Shown here: positions 1 through 9,382 of the stretch, piece by piece
Numbering within the stretch: position 1 is the stretch's first letter
How the letters are laid out: each line of letters begins with the position of its first letter
NCBI GenBank assembly: GCA_031422435.1
Contig: JANPLU010000061.1
Location: 1-18,718 of the forward strand
Source of the DNA: Acaryochloridaceae cyanobacterium VAR_48_metabat_390
GTDB lineage: Bacteria; Cyanobacteriota; Cyanobacteriia; Thermosynechococcales; Thermosynechococcaceae
Reading direction: 5' to 3'
Length of the DNA: 18,718 nt
Position numbers and translations under genes: made by a program
The notes under the pieces: generated by a model
Databases searched by the model: none
Seen by the model: the letters and a program-made list of their open reading frames with translations, nothing else
Told to the model about the DNA's origin: nothing

Positions 1-138
1 AAGGTGCCTCGTCGCACGCCGCAACGACGTTTGAAGGCACTGGGGCTGAGATGTTTCAGTTGCTCGTAGGTCATGGCTGTTCCCTCCTTGAACCTTGACA
101 CACTTCTACCGACTTCTCTCTATTCACGCAAGAGGTCT
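1..138 (-). mobile_element. End of an IS5-family (ISL2/IS702-like) insertion sequence with its transposase N-terminus (ATG at 74, running off the window)
   Basis: The minus strand from 74 reads MTYEQLKHLSPSAFKRRCGVRRGT, like the starts of cyanobacterial ISL2-group transposases. The terminus ...GCAAGAGGTCT (128-138) resembles their inverted repeat. TBDR-like sequence begins directly after it. Confidence 0.8.
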
Positions 139-1188
139 AATACCTACACTTGGCAAAACGACTTAACAGTCAAGTTCAAAACAGGCTTCATCGAGCATAC
201 GTTGCTAATCGGAACAGAGCTAAGCCGCCTGACCAGTTTTTTCACAGGGGGAGCATTTGACGCAGGGTTCATCAATATCTTTAACCCAGACTATAACTTT
301 ACGCTAGGCGCAGTTACGGATTTTGGTTCGGGAAGTGACACAACCGATACCTTTGGAATTTATATCCAAGATCAAATCACGATACTCAAAAATCTCAAAG
401 TCTTAGTTGGGGGTCGGTTTGATACCTATAACTATGAGTCGCCGGATGATGCCTTTGGTCCTAAAACAAATGCTCAAGCCTTTTCCCCTCGCTTTGGGAT
501 TGTCTATCAACCCATTCCTGAAGTGTCTCTCTACGGAAGCTATAGCCGCTCCTTTACACCAGAGATTGGGCGAAATGCAGGCGATCAGCCCTTTAAGCCT
601 AAACGAGGAACGGGCTATGAAGTAGGGATCAAAACTGATTTTCTGAAGGGTCGCCTGTCCTCAACCCTGGCCTTTTACAATACAACGCTTAGTAATATCC
701 TGACTAATGATCCTGATAACTTTGGCTTCTCTGTGCAGGTTGGAGAGCAACGCAGCCGTGGAATCGAGCTGGATATTGCTGGCGAAATTCTGCCAGGTTG
801 GAAGGTGATTGCAGCCTACGCACATACAGATGCAGTTGTTACTCAAGACAACGTCTTATCCGTGGGTAATCGCCTTACGAATGTGCCCCGCAACAGCGCA
901 AGTTTATGGTCAACCTATACCCTCCAAACTGGCAGCCTCAAAGGGTTTGGGGTAGGGTTCGGCGTATTTGCAGTCGGTGAACGGGCAGGAGACTTAGAAA
1001 ATAGCTTTGTATTACCTGGATATCTCCGATTAGATGCTGCCTTGTTTTACCAAAAAGATGATTTTCGGGTTGGGCTTAATTTCAAAAACCTTTCAGGTAC
1101 TCGGTATTTTGAGGGTTCTCAAGGACGTGAACAAGTTCTTCCTGGCGCACCGTTTGGGGTGTCGGGCACTATTTCATATTCTTTTTAA
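139..1188 (+). pseudogene. 3' part of a TonB-dependent siderophore receptor (beta-barrel), interrupted by the IS
   Basis: Motifs include FGIYIQDQI, SPRFGIVYQP, SLYGSYSRSF, GYEVGIK, EQRSRGIELD and NLSGTRY, and it ends in Phe (ISYSF). Plug and signal peptide are absent. The first 22 aa of track ORF 73..1188 are IS sequence. Confidence 0.85.
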
Positions 1189-1211
1189 GTTGTTGAGGCA
1201 GGAGATTCGCT

Positions 1212-2363
1212 ATGCATTCTCAACGGCAGCGTCAAGTATTCTTTAGCCTACATCGCTATCTTGGGTTAGCGATTGGCCTATTATTGGCTTTTATCGGCAT
1301 AACCGGAAGTTTATTAGTCTTTGAGCCAGAAATCGACCATTGGCTCACCGATCGTCAGTTTGGGCAAGTCATACCGCAAGCACAGCGCCTTGCGCCAGAA
1401 CAGTTGATCACTGCGGCTAAAGTTGCTTACCCCAACCTAAAACCCGTCAGTCTCTATTTCCCTGACCAGCCGGAACAACCTTTTAAGCTGCGGATGAAAT
1501 CCTCTCAGCCCAATCCGAAAGTATACCTGGATGGAAATTATGAGGTGTTTCTGAATTCCTACAGTGGCAAGGTGCTAGGCGATCGCATTGAGCGGTTCAA
1601 TTACTACCGATTGCTGCTGAATCTCCACTATCGGCTTTTTGCAGAGGATGTTGGCATTGTCATTGCTGGAATTGCAGGCTTTCTCCTCATGGTTCTAAGC
1701 TTCAGTGGTTTGGTGCTTTGGCCTGGTTGGCGCAAGCTTATCACCGGATTCAAAATCAAGTGGAATGCTAACCCAAAGCGACTGAACTTTGATTTACACA
1801 AGGTCATTGGCGTAACAACCGTTGTCTTTTTAGTCTTGACAGCCTTCACTGGAGTTTGCTGGAATTTTTATGAGTTTAGCCAGCCTGCAATTTATGCACT
1901 GACGGCGACCCCAACCTTACCCGATCCAGTCTCTAAGCCCATTGCGGGTAAACCGCCTCTAAAGTTATCTGATCTTTTAGCAAATGCAGAAGCAGCATTC
2001 CCAGAGGGGCAAATGACCACGATTAACTTACCTACAAAACCTGAAGATTCGTTTAGCGCTTATCTAAAACTTGGGAATGGCCTTGACTACGGGAATGTTG
2101 TTTATCTGGATCAGTTCAGCGGACAGGTCATCCGCATTGATGATGAAAGGAAGGCAAAGTTAGGCGATCGCATTCTCAATGCTTTCGTTCCGCTACATTT
2201 TGGAACTTTTGGCGGCATCTCAACTCGGATTCTCTATGTGTTTGTGGGGTTAGCGCCAGCGGTTCTTCTGGTTACTGGCTTTGTGATGTGGCGCTACAGA
2301 AGGCGCGGAACGAATGCGGGGTTCGGTGCTATGCCTCAGCCCGTCTTGACGAGGCGTGAGTAG
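1212..2363 (+). CDS. PepSY-associated TM helix domain protein (putative ferrisiderophore reductase)
   Basis: Conserved His motifs LHRYLGL, LNLHY, FDLHKVIG and PLHFGTFGG; several TM helices; RBS GGAG; typical position directly after a TBDR. Confidence 0.9.
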   Translation: MHSQRQRQVFFSLHRYLGLAIGLLLAFIGITGSLLVFEPEIDHWLTDRQFGQVIPQAQRLAPEQLITAAKVAYPNLKPVSLYFPDQPEQPFKLRMKSSQPNPKVYLDGNYEVFLNSYSGKVLGDRIERFNYYRLLLNLHYRLFAEDVGIVIAGIAGFLLMVLSFSGLVLWPGWRKLITGFKIKWNANPKRLNFDLHKVIGVTTVVFLVLTAFTGVCWNFYEFSQPAIYALTATPTLPDPVSKPIAGKPPLKLSDLLANAEAAFPEGQMTTINLPTKPEDSFSAYLKLGNGLDYGNVVYLDQFSGQVIRIDDERKAKLGDRILNAFVPLHFGTFGGISTRILYVFVGLAPAVLLVTGFVMWRYRRRGTNAGFGAMPQPVLTRRE

Positions 2364-2628
2364 AAAAGAGACGATTGAACAATTTGATTTGAGTTTGTCC
2401 GCATTGCTAAACAGAGGGTGAAAGCCTTACTCAGTGCTTTATTGGAGTCACTGCTTCTACCTCCACGAAACACCTATTGAGCCAATCTCAAGACGAGATC
2501 ACTTGTACTATTTCTTGATCGGATAACGTACCTTTAGAGCTTATTGGGTCAAAGATTGTGGTTTATGGCCTATCCCTTGCTCGTTTTGACAAGTCTATAG
2601 AGGAGAAACTTTCTCTCTGTTAAACTAC

Positions 2629-2889
2629 TTAGTTCTCATTCATCGTATAAACGTGCCAACATTGCTCTAAATGCTCCACTAATACAGTGCGCGGTGCATT
2701 AACTTGCCTAGAAACACCCCAAAGCTGGATTGCAGTCATCGTCGAACCAATCTGCACCTTTAAAGGTTGAGAATAGCTACAACTGCACGGAATCTCTAGC
2801 TCTTGTAGGCGACGATAAATCGACCATCGCTCACTGCATTGAACTTCAATCATTTCATTCTGCTGAGAATGTAGATCACCTAAACTCAT
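2629..2889 (-). CDS. Asr1405/Asl0597-family small protein
   Basis: RWSIYRRLQELEIPCSC...AIQLWGVSRQ...LVEHLEQCW matches this cyanobacterial family, which is often found near iron-stress genes. ATG at 2889 is the likely start. Confidence 0.75.
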   Translation of the reverse strand: MSLGDLHSQQNEMIEVQCSERWSIYRRLQELEIPCSCSYSQPLKVQIGSTMTAIQLWGVSRQVNAPRTVLVEHLEQCWHVYTMNEN

Positions 2890-3050
2890 CAAATTGCTCC
2901 AGGATTGTAGAAGGGATATATTCGCAGAATTTTGAGGACATCTAAAATTAAGCAAAGTCTAGCAATCGGTTTTTGCAGACACTTTAAGCACCGTTTTTAG
3001 AGATTGGGGGCTAGGCTGTAAGTAGAAAGAGAGGTTTGGAGAAAAGCATC

Positions 3051-3584
3051 ATGTCTGAAATTCAGAGTCTAGTTCGACCCTTTGGTCAGATTGAAGACAC
3101 GGTTATCCTCTTGGAGCGCTCAATCACTGAACCCATCTGCTAGGGTCTAAATGTCACCCTAGCAAGCTTTCAGTCGCTGTATTTGCAGTACCAAAAGCAT
3201 CATTTTGTCGTTGAAGGTGCTGAATTCTACTCACTTCATGCATTTTTTCAGGAAGGTTATAAAGCTGCTCAAAGTCATGTTCATGATTTGGGGGAACGCT
3301 TAAATGGTCTGGGTGGGGTTCCAGCGGCAAACTTTAGTAAATTAGCGGAGCTATGCTGCTTTACCCCAGAACCGGATGGTGTCTACAGGTGTCGCGCAAT
3401 GATTGAACACGATCTTCAGGCAGAACAGTCCATCATTGAGCTGATTCGACGGCAAGCTTCTTCCGCAGAAAGCTGGGGCGATCGCGCAACTCGCTACCTC
3501 TACGAAAAGATTTTGCTAGAGACAGAAGAGCGCGCCTATCACCTAGCCCACTTTCTTGCGCCTGATACCCTCGTGATTCGGTAG
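3051..3584 (+). pseudogene. dps: Dps/ferritin-like DNA-protection protein with a premature TAG at 3141-3143
   Basis: RBS GGAG then ATG 3051: [62 protein letters not shown]..., all one frame, with typical cyanobacterial Dps motifs ([23 protein letters not shown]). Confidence 0.88.
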
Positions 3585-3725
3585 TACTGACTTAAATAGA
3601 CAGAATATACTCCTCCCAAACGTTAGTCTTTGAGCCGTCGTAAAAACTCCTCTCAAAACTTTAATTCGCTGAGCCGACCATCTGCTTCAGTTTTGTGGAC
3701 TCACGTTCGTAAACGTCCACTATTT

Positions 3726-3764
3726 GCCCTCCTCCTTGGCTAAAGGCCACGAGCGGGGCTTTTT
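3726..3764 (+). terminator. Putative intrinsic terminator downstream of dps
   Basis: Imperfect GC-rich hairpin GCCCT-CCTC..TGGC TAAAG GCCA..GAG-CGGGGC followed by TTTTT. Confidence 0.45.
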
Positions 3765-4429
3765 CAGCTTTGCAATCGTTTGAGAAACCCATTGTTGGCT
3801 AGGCCAACTATAAACTTGTTGAATGTTCATGTCAATAATAGAAAAGTGAGCGACTTGGCTTGTATCAAAGCAAAGTAATCGGAAAGTGGTTGAACCTAAA
3901 TCTTTTATATCAAGAGTGCTGCAAAACTGATTGAGTCGATATACCCCTTTAACAGAATAAACGCAGACGCAGTGGGTATTCTAACCTCCTCTCTAGCCGA
4001 TGTGAAATGCTTTGAATCAGGATCTTAGTACGCCCATCAAAGATGCTTCAGTAGGTTGAGCGTATAGAAATATTGCGACTGAGTCTTAAATACTAATCTT
4101 GCATTGTTAGACATTGTAACGAATAGACCTTGAGCTTTTGTGCCTTAAATGTAGTCACAGTCTATCTTTAAGGCGATATTTAAGGCACTAAAGGCTCGGT
4201 CAACTGGAGCTAACAGGCGAATGGCGAAGCAAAAGTCGAGCCTTATCAATTTCAATTCTCAAGTGTTTGACTAAACCCTTTCGATGGAACTGCTTCTGTA
4301 AGCAGAAATTCTTTAACAAACATGCTCAAAGTTCCTTTAAAACATAGGTCCTGGCGCTTGCTTCTGGAAGGATTTCAAGGTTATTTACATTAGTTCATGA
4401 AATTTATTGCGACTATATATCATTTGCTG

Positions 4430-4473
4430 TGCTACGATGCCTTCAGACTTATTGAAAATCTAAGTCAATAAGT
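4430..4473 (+). promoter_or_regulatory. Extended -10 (TGcTACGAT, 4430-4438) followed by a Fur-box-like palindrome
   Basis: ACTTATTGA-N9-TCAATAAGT (4447-4473) has perfect 9-bp arms. Its core ATTGAAAATCTAAGTCAAT resembles the cyanobacterial Fur consensus. It lies upstream of the isi operon. Confidence 0.7.
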
Positions 4474-4534
4474 TTGGAGCAAGATAGCAGCTCCAGCACT
4501 GCAACTGTTATGTCGTTTAAGAAGGAACCGTGCC

Positions 4535-4603
4535 ATGACCAGTAGGAATGCTCAATCCTCCGAAAAATTGCCATGGTGAGCCGAAAATGTACGGTTCACA
4601 AAC
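4535..4603 (+). pseudogene. Relic 5' end of an IsiA/Pcb-like gene
   Basis: RBS AAGGA, ATG 4535, MTSRNAQSSEKLPW*AENVRFTN, which aligns with the conserved WWAGNARF motif (TGG>TGA at 4577-4579). Confidence 0.55.
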
Positions 4604-4893
4604 GTAATGGCGACCTATTTCCAACTGCATCACGGTCGCTACCTCATTAGATCGGGCAAAAGCCAGTCCCTCAATCTAATACCATCTGCGGCAGTTGTGG
4701 TTCTACAACGCTACAAGCTGCCGCAGATTCTTCGGCTCACTCCATTTACTGCCGATGGTCAACACAGCGAGATATGCGGCTGAATGACCTCCCAGCCGCA
4801 TACCTTTTGTCCAATGCTGAAAGCCTGAAGTTAGTAAGTTTTAATCCGTAAATTTTGAAGTTCCTTGCGTCTATCGTTTGGGAGTTATCCTCA

Positions 4894-5286
4894 ATGTCAA
4901 ACAGCAGCAGCAGTCCCGACAGTTTTTCTAACTCGTTTTTAGAAGCCTTACCAATCGGCCTTTATCCAGACTCAGCTATTCCGCTGGTGAATGCTCGATC
5001 CTCTTTGCATAACCCTGACTTTTGCTGCCAGAGCTTGATGCATATACAAAATAGTGGCGATTCGCCAGAAGTTTGTGATGCAAAAGATGTGGCGATCGCC
5101 GTGCTAGAAGGCGAAGGCAAACTGTCTCTGCGGGGAGAAGAAGTTCCCCTAGAGGCTGGAAAATTTGTATTCATTCCTGCCAACACACCTCATCGACTGC
5201 AATCTACCACCAACCTCATTCTGTTTCTGAGTCGTTATGAAGCCAGCGCCTCCAAAGGTGATACGGCCTGGGTATTTGATCTTTAG
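4894..5286 (+). CDS. Cupin domain protein
   Basis: VAIAVLEGEGKLSLRGEEVPLEAGKFVFIPANTPHRL is cupin motif 1/2; RBS GGAG precedes ATG 4894. Confidence 0.8.
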   Translation: MSNSSSSPDSFSNSFLEALPIGLYPDSAIPLVNARSSLHNPDFCCQSLMHIQNSGDSPEVCDAKDVAIAVLEGEGKLSLRGEEVPLEAGKFVFIPANTPHRLQSTTNLILFLSRYEASASKGDTAWVFDL

Positions 5287-5431
5287 GTTTTATCTCTAAT
5301 TTGGGCTTACTCTGAGCGCTTTTGTAGCGTTCTAAACCCTACAAAACCCCTCACAGATAGTCTTAACCCACTACTGTGTTGTCGAAATCGAATTCAAAAT
5401 CATCGAGTTCAAAAACGGAGGAAACATCACC

Positions 5432-6520
5432 GTGCAATCTTACGGCAATCCTGATGTAAAGTATGACTGGTGGGCGGGGAATGCTCGCTTTGCGAAGTTA
5501 TCGGGTCTTTTTATCTCAGCCCACGTTGGGCAAGCGGCACTTATTACTTTTTGGGCAGGAGCCTTTACCTTATTTGAACTGTCCTGGTACCGACCGGATG
5601 TAGCCATGGGAGAGCAAGGCTTAATTTTACTACCTCACCTTGCCAGTCTAGGTATTGGCGTGGGTGCAGGTGGCAAAGTGATTGATACCTATCCTATGTT
5701 CGTCGTGGGTGTTGTTCATTTGATTTCATCTGCTGTACTTGGCGCAGGCGCACTCTTCCATGCATTCAAAGCTCCTGAAAACTTAAAAGATGCGACCGGA
5801 CAAGCACGGCGATTTCACTTTGAGTGGGATGACCCTAAGCAACTGGGCTTAATTTTAGGCCACCATCTTTTGTTTTTAGGGGCAGGCGCATTTATGCTTG
5901 CGGCAAAGGCCATGTACTGGGGTGGACTCTATGATTCCACCATTCAAGATGTAAGAGTAGTGACTAGCCCCACGCTAGACCCCGCCATTATTTATGGCTA
6001 CCAAACCCATTTTGCCAATGTAAATAGCTTAGAAGATCTCGTGGGTGGTCATATTTATGTGGGTGTGCTTTTAATCTTGGGTGGGATTTGGCACATTGTC
6101 AAAGAGCCGCTGCCTTGGGCAAAGAAGGTATTGACCTTCTCTGGGGAAGCAATTCTATCTTATTCTTTGGGCGGAATAGCCTTAGCTGGATTTGTCGCGG
6201 CCTACTTTTGTGCCGTTAATACCCTGGCCTATCCCGTGGAATTTTATGGGCCAGTATTAGATGTGAAGTTAGGCATTACGCCCTATTTTGCCGATACGGC
6301 TAAGCTCCCAAATGGTGCCCATACCGCCCGCTGCTGGTTGGCAAATGCTCACTTCTTTTTGGCATTTTTCTTTTTGCAGGGTCATCTCTGGCACGCTCTT
6401 AGAGCCATTGGATTTGACTTCAAGCGCATTGAACGGGCTTTAAAGTCAATAGGAGAGCCTGAACCTGCTGCCCCCGCAAGAGCCGCAACTGCTAAAGCAG
6501 CAGCTTCCGCTACGGAATAG
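5432..6520 (+). CDS. isiA: Iron-stress-induced chlorophyll-binding protein IsiA (CP43')
   Basis: [37 protein letters not shown] and GHLWHALRA; six TM helices without the large CP43 lumenal loop; GTG start with GGAGG RBS; directly upstream of flavodoxin. Confidence 0.93.
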   Translation: MQSYGNPDVKYDWWAGNARFAKLSGLFISAHVGQAALITFWAGAFTLFELSWYRPDVAMGEQGLILLPHLASLGIGVGAGGKVIDTYPMFVVGVVHLISSAVLGAGALFHAFKAPENLKDATGQARRFHFEWDDPKQLGLILGHHLLFLGAGAFMLAAKAMYWGGLYDSTIQDVRVVTSPTLDPAIIYGYQTHFANVNSLEDLVGGHIYVGVLLILGGIWHIVKEPLPWAKKVLTFSGEAILSYSLGGIALAGFVAAYFCAVNTLAYPVEFYGPVLDVKLGITPYFADTAKLPNGAHTARCWLANAHFFLAFFFLQGHLWHALRAIGFDFKRIERALKSIGEPEPAAPARAATAKAAASATE

Positions 6521-6539
6521 AAACACTACGCACTGAATC

Positions 6540-6572
6540 AGGGACTTGGAATCAATGGATATCCAAGTCCCT
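6540..6572 (+). terminator. Intergenic stem-loop between isiA and isiB (partial terminator or mRNA stabiliser)
   Basis: Perfect 11-bp inverted repeat AGGGACTTGGA / TCCAAGTCCCT. Confidence 0.6.
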
Positions 6573-6605
6573 TGCTCTTAAGCATTCTCGATAGGAATTA
6601 GGAAA

Positions 6606-7118
6606 ATGTCTAAAATCGGTCTATTTTTTGGAACTCAAACGGGCAATACGCAAACCCTTGCTAAAGATATTCAAAAAGCCTTAGGGGGAGACAGCGTTGT
6701 TACCCTTCATGACGTTGCTGACGCAGAAGCCAGCGACCTTGAAAGCTATGACACCCTTATCATTGGCTGTCCTACCTGGAATATTGGTGAAATGCAGAGT
6801 GACTGGGAAGGTCTATACGAAGAGCTAGACAGCGTTGATTTTAACGGTAAAACAGTAGCCTACTTTGGCCCTGGCGACCAGATTGGCTATGCCGACAACT
6901 TCCAAGATGCCATGGGCATTTTAGAAGAAAAAATTTCGAGCATTGGCGGTAAAACGGTAGGGCATTGGCCGATTGACGGCTATGACTTCACTGAGTCTAA
7001 AGCGGTCAAAAACGGCACCTTTGTCGGTCTACCCCTAGATGAAGACAATCAGCCTGACCTGACCGACCAGCGGATCAAGGCTTGGGTCGCTCAATTGAAA
7101 CTAGCATTTGGGCTGTAG
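6606..7118 (+). CDS. isiB: Long-chain flavodoxin
   Basis: GTQTGNT FMN loop, GCPTWNIGE, GDQIGYADNFQDA and LDEDNQ. Confidence 0.97.
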   Translation: MSKIGLFFGTQTGNTQTLAKDIQKALGGDSVVTLHDVADAEASDLESYDTLIIGCPTWNIGEMQSDWEGLYEELDSVDFNGKTVAYFGPGDQIGYADNFQDAMGILEEKISSIGGKTVGHWPIDGYDFTESKAVKNGTFVGLPLDEDNQPDLTDQRIKAWVAQLKLAFGL

Positions 7119-7122
7119 CGTC

Positions 7123-7884
7123 ATGACACAACAACCTGAAGTTCTTTGGCTGAGCGGTAGCCCTAGCCTACAGTGTTTTGACCGTCCGCTTCTAAGTGTT
7201 TTAGCGTCTCAAGCCAATGTGGTGCAGTGGCAATATTGCCAGGGGCTAGATGAAGCCAGTTCGCTCTCAAATGCTGTCCATTTGCTGCACAATTATTTAG
7301 CGCAGATTAACCAGCCAATGCATCTCATTGGTCACGGCATTAGCGGCGTGATTGGTTTACTGTATGCGCGGCTTTATCCTAATAAAGTGCGATCGCTGAC
7401 CCTTCTTGCGGTGGCAGAACAGCCTGGGATGACTTGGCAAACGCACTATTACGTGCAGCGCCATCTTATATCATGCAGTCGTCACCAGGTTCTGGCCTTT
7501 ATGGTTCGCAGCCTGTTTGGCTCAGACACGCCTTATCCTGCCAAAGATTTAGTACGCGCTTTAGATAGAGATTTAGCCGAAGCCCCATGTCTGCACTCGC
7601 TTTTTTGCCTCGCTGACCTGCCCAAGGGTGGCATTTTAGCACCGCTCATGGTGTGTGGTAGTCAAACCGATTCTGTGGTGCATCCGCCTGCGCTGTTGGA
7701 GTGGAGAAACTGGCTAAAGCCCACGGATCGGCTCTGGGAATGTTCGACCGGACGACACTTTTTTCACTACATCCAACCCCACCAAGTCGCAGAACAGGTG
7801 TTTGAGTTTTGGCGCTCTGAAGCACTTGCGGCGGATAGAGTTGCCTCTCAAGTGCCTACATCAGAGGTCGCTCACGCTGAATGA
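7123..7884 (+). CDS. isiC: Alpha/beta hydrolase-fold protein, IsiC-like
   Basis: HLIGHGISG elbow, GSQTD and GRHFFHY motifs; sits right after isiB as in known isiABC operons; ATG at 7123. Confidence 0.75.
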   Translation: MTQQPEVLWLSGSPSLQCFDRPLLSVLASQANVVQWQYCQGLDEASSLSNAVHLLHNYLAQINQPMHLIGHGISGVIGLLYARLYPNKVRSLTLLAVAEQPGMTWQTHYYVQRHLISCSRHQVLAFMVRSLFGSDTPYPAKDLVRALDRDLAEAPCLHSLFCLADLPKGGILAPLMVCGSQTDSVVHPPALLEWRNWLKPTDRLWECSTGRHFFHYIQPHQVAEQVFEFWRSEALAADRVASQVPTSEVAHAE

Positions 7885-7948
7885 GTTGGTTACTCTTTGC
7901 TGGCAAGAAGCCCGTCATTATTTAATTTACGTGTGAGGAATTTACGTG

Positions 7949-9382
7949 ATGAAGTCAATCTTTTTACTAGCAGGCAGCTTAGGCTTACTGGGCTTGGGTT
8001 CTGCTGTTTCAGCCAATGCCTTACCTGTGACAGATGCTTTCGCTCAGGTTACGTCCGTCTCTCAACTCTCTGATGTGCAGCCTACTGACTGGGCATTTCA
8101 GGCATTACAGTCTTTAGTCGAACGTTATGGCTGTATTGCGGGTTATCCTGATGGCACCTTCCGAGGCAATAGAGCCGCAACGCGGTATGAGTTGGCTGCT
8201 GCGCTTAATGCTTGCTTAGATCAGATTAGCGATCGCTTTGCCACCAAAGAAGATTTAGCTACAGTTAAGGCTTTACAGGAAGAATTTAAGACAGAGCTTG
8301 CCACCTTGAAAGGTCGTGTGGATGGGTTAGAAGCGCGTACTAAAACCCTTGAGGTTCAACAGTTTTCGACTACCACAAAGCTGCAAGGTCAGGCGATCTT
8401 TGGGGTGCAGTATGGCGACCAGCTCAATACTCCAGGAACCAATAGCAGAGCAACGGCGATCGCCCGTGTCCGACTTTCTTTTAACACCAGCTTCAACGGC
8501 AGTGATCTTCTTGAAACCACGCTAGAAACTGGAAACGGTGGACAAGACTTTATTGGCGGGTCTGGAATTGCCCTTGGCGGCAGCGGTGTAGACTATGCCG
8601 AGACGGGGCCAAACGTTGCCCTTCAGCGCTTAGCCTATACCTTTAAGCCCGCCAAAAACCTAAGCGTTACGGTAGGCCCCATTTTAGAAGCATCTGACTT
8701 CATTGATAGCAATAGCTATGCCAATGATGAAGCAGAAGACTTTAGCTCTGGCTTCTTTATTAATAACCCTCTCATTATTGTCACCGAACCTGGTGCGGGC
8801 GCAGGCTTTGACTGGAACATTGCAGGTGGCCCCTTGAGCCTACGGGGAGCTTTCGTTGCGTCTAACGCAACCAATTCGGTGGGCAGCGGCGGTTTATTTG
8901 GCGACCCCTATCAGGCATCTGCCGAGCTAGAGTACGCCAAAAGTTTTGGCAAAGAGGATAAAAATAAGTTTGCTGTCCGGTTACAATACACTCACGCCTC
9001 CGTCGATGATCTACATCAAAATGTAGTGGGCTTAAACACAGAGGCAACCTTTGGACGCTTTGGCGTGTTTGGTCGAGTGGGCTATTCCATTGAGCCAACG
9101 TTCATCAATACCAAACAGGCTGACTACGATTTGACCTGGATGGCGGGTGCTGGCGTTAGAGACCTCTTTATTCCAGGTTCTCTACTCGCTGCTTCTGCTG
9201 GACAGCCGCTAGTGAGACAAGGAGAAGCAGGTCCAGAACAAACCAACTTTGAGGCGTTTTATAGGTTCCCTATCAATGACAACATCAGCATTACGCCTGC
9301 GGTCATTGTCATTACTAACCCAGCTAATGATATTGGGGAACCCATTATTCAGGGTATGTTGAGAACAACCTTCTCGTTCTAA
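7949..9382 (+). CDS. Cyanobacterial SLH-domain outer-membrane porin (iron-uptake porin family)
   Basis: Signal peptide, QVTSVSQLSDVQPTDWAFQALQSLVERYGCIAGYPDGTFRGNR SLH domain, coiled coil, QFSTTTKL, and C-terminal LRTTFSF. Confidence 0.93.
   Translation: MKSIFLLAGSLGLLGLGSAVSANALPVTDAFAQVTSVSQLSDVQPTDWAFQALQSLVERYGCIAGYPDGTFRGNRAATRYELAAALNACLDQISDRFATKEDLATVKALQEEFKTELATLKGRVDGLEARTKTLEVQQFSTTTKLQGQAIFGVQYGDQLNTPGTNSRATAIARVRLSFNTSFNGSDLLETTLETGNGGQDFIGGSGIALGGSGVDYAETGPNVALQRLAYTFKPAKNLSVTVGPILEASDFIDSNSYANDEAEDFSSGFFINNPLIIVTEPGAGAGFDWNIAGGPLSLRGAFVASNATNSVGSGGLFGDPYQASAELEYAKSFGKEDKNKFAVRLQYTHASVDDLHQNVVGLNTEATFGRFGVFGRVGYSIEPTFINTKQADYDLTWMAGAGVRDLFIPGSLLAASAGQPLVRQGEAGPEQTNFEAFYRFPINDNISITPAVIVITNPANDIGEPIIQGMLRTTFSF

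Noticed and set aside
1..138. Group II intron end, or genuine TBDR N-terminus
   Set aside because: No domain V/VI structure or signal peptide is seen; the minus strand reads as an IS5-type transposase start.
3905..3992. Minus-strand hydrophobic 24-codon ORF behind a strong GAGGAGG RBS
   Set aside because: It begins with ATA and has no valid start codon or recognisable homology, so it cannot be supported.
4607..4783. 58-aa ORF MATYFQLHHG...
   Set aside because: No clear RBS, overlaps two hairpins, and has no resemblance to IsiA beyond the relic motif upstream.
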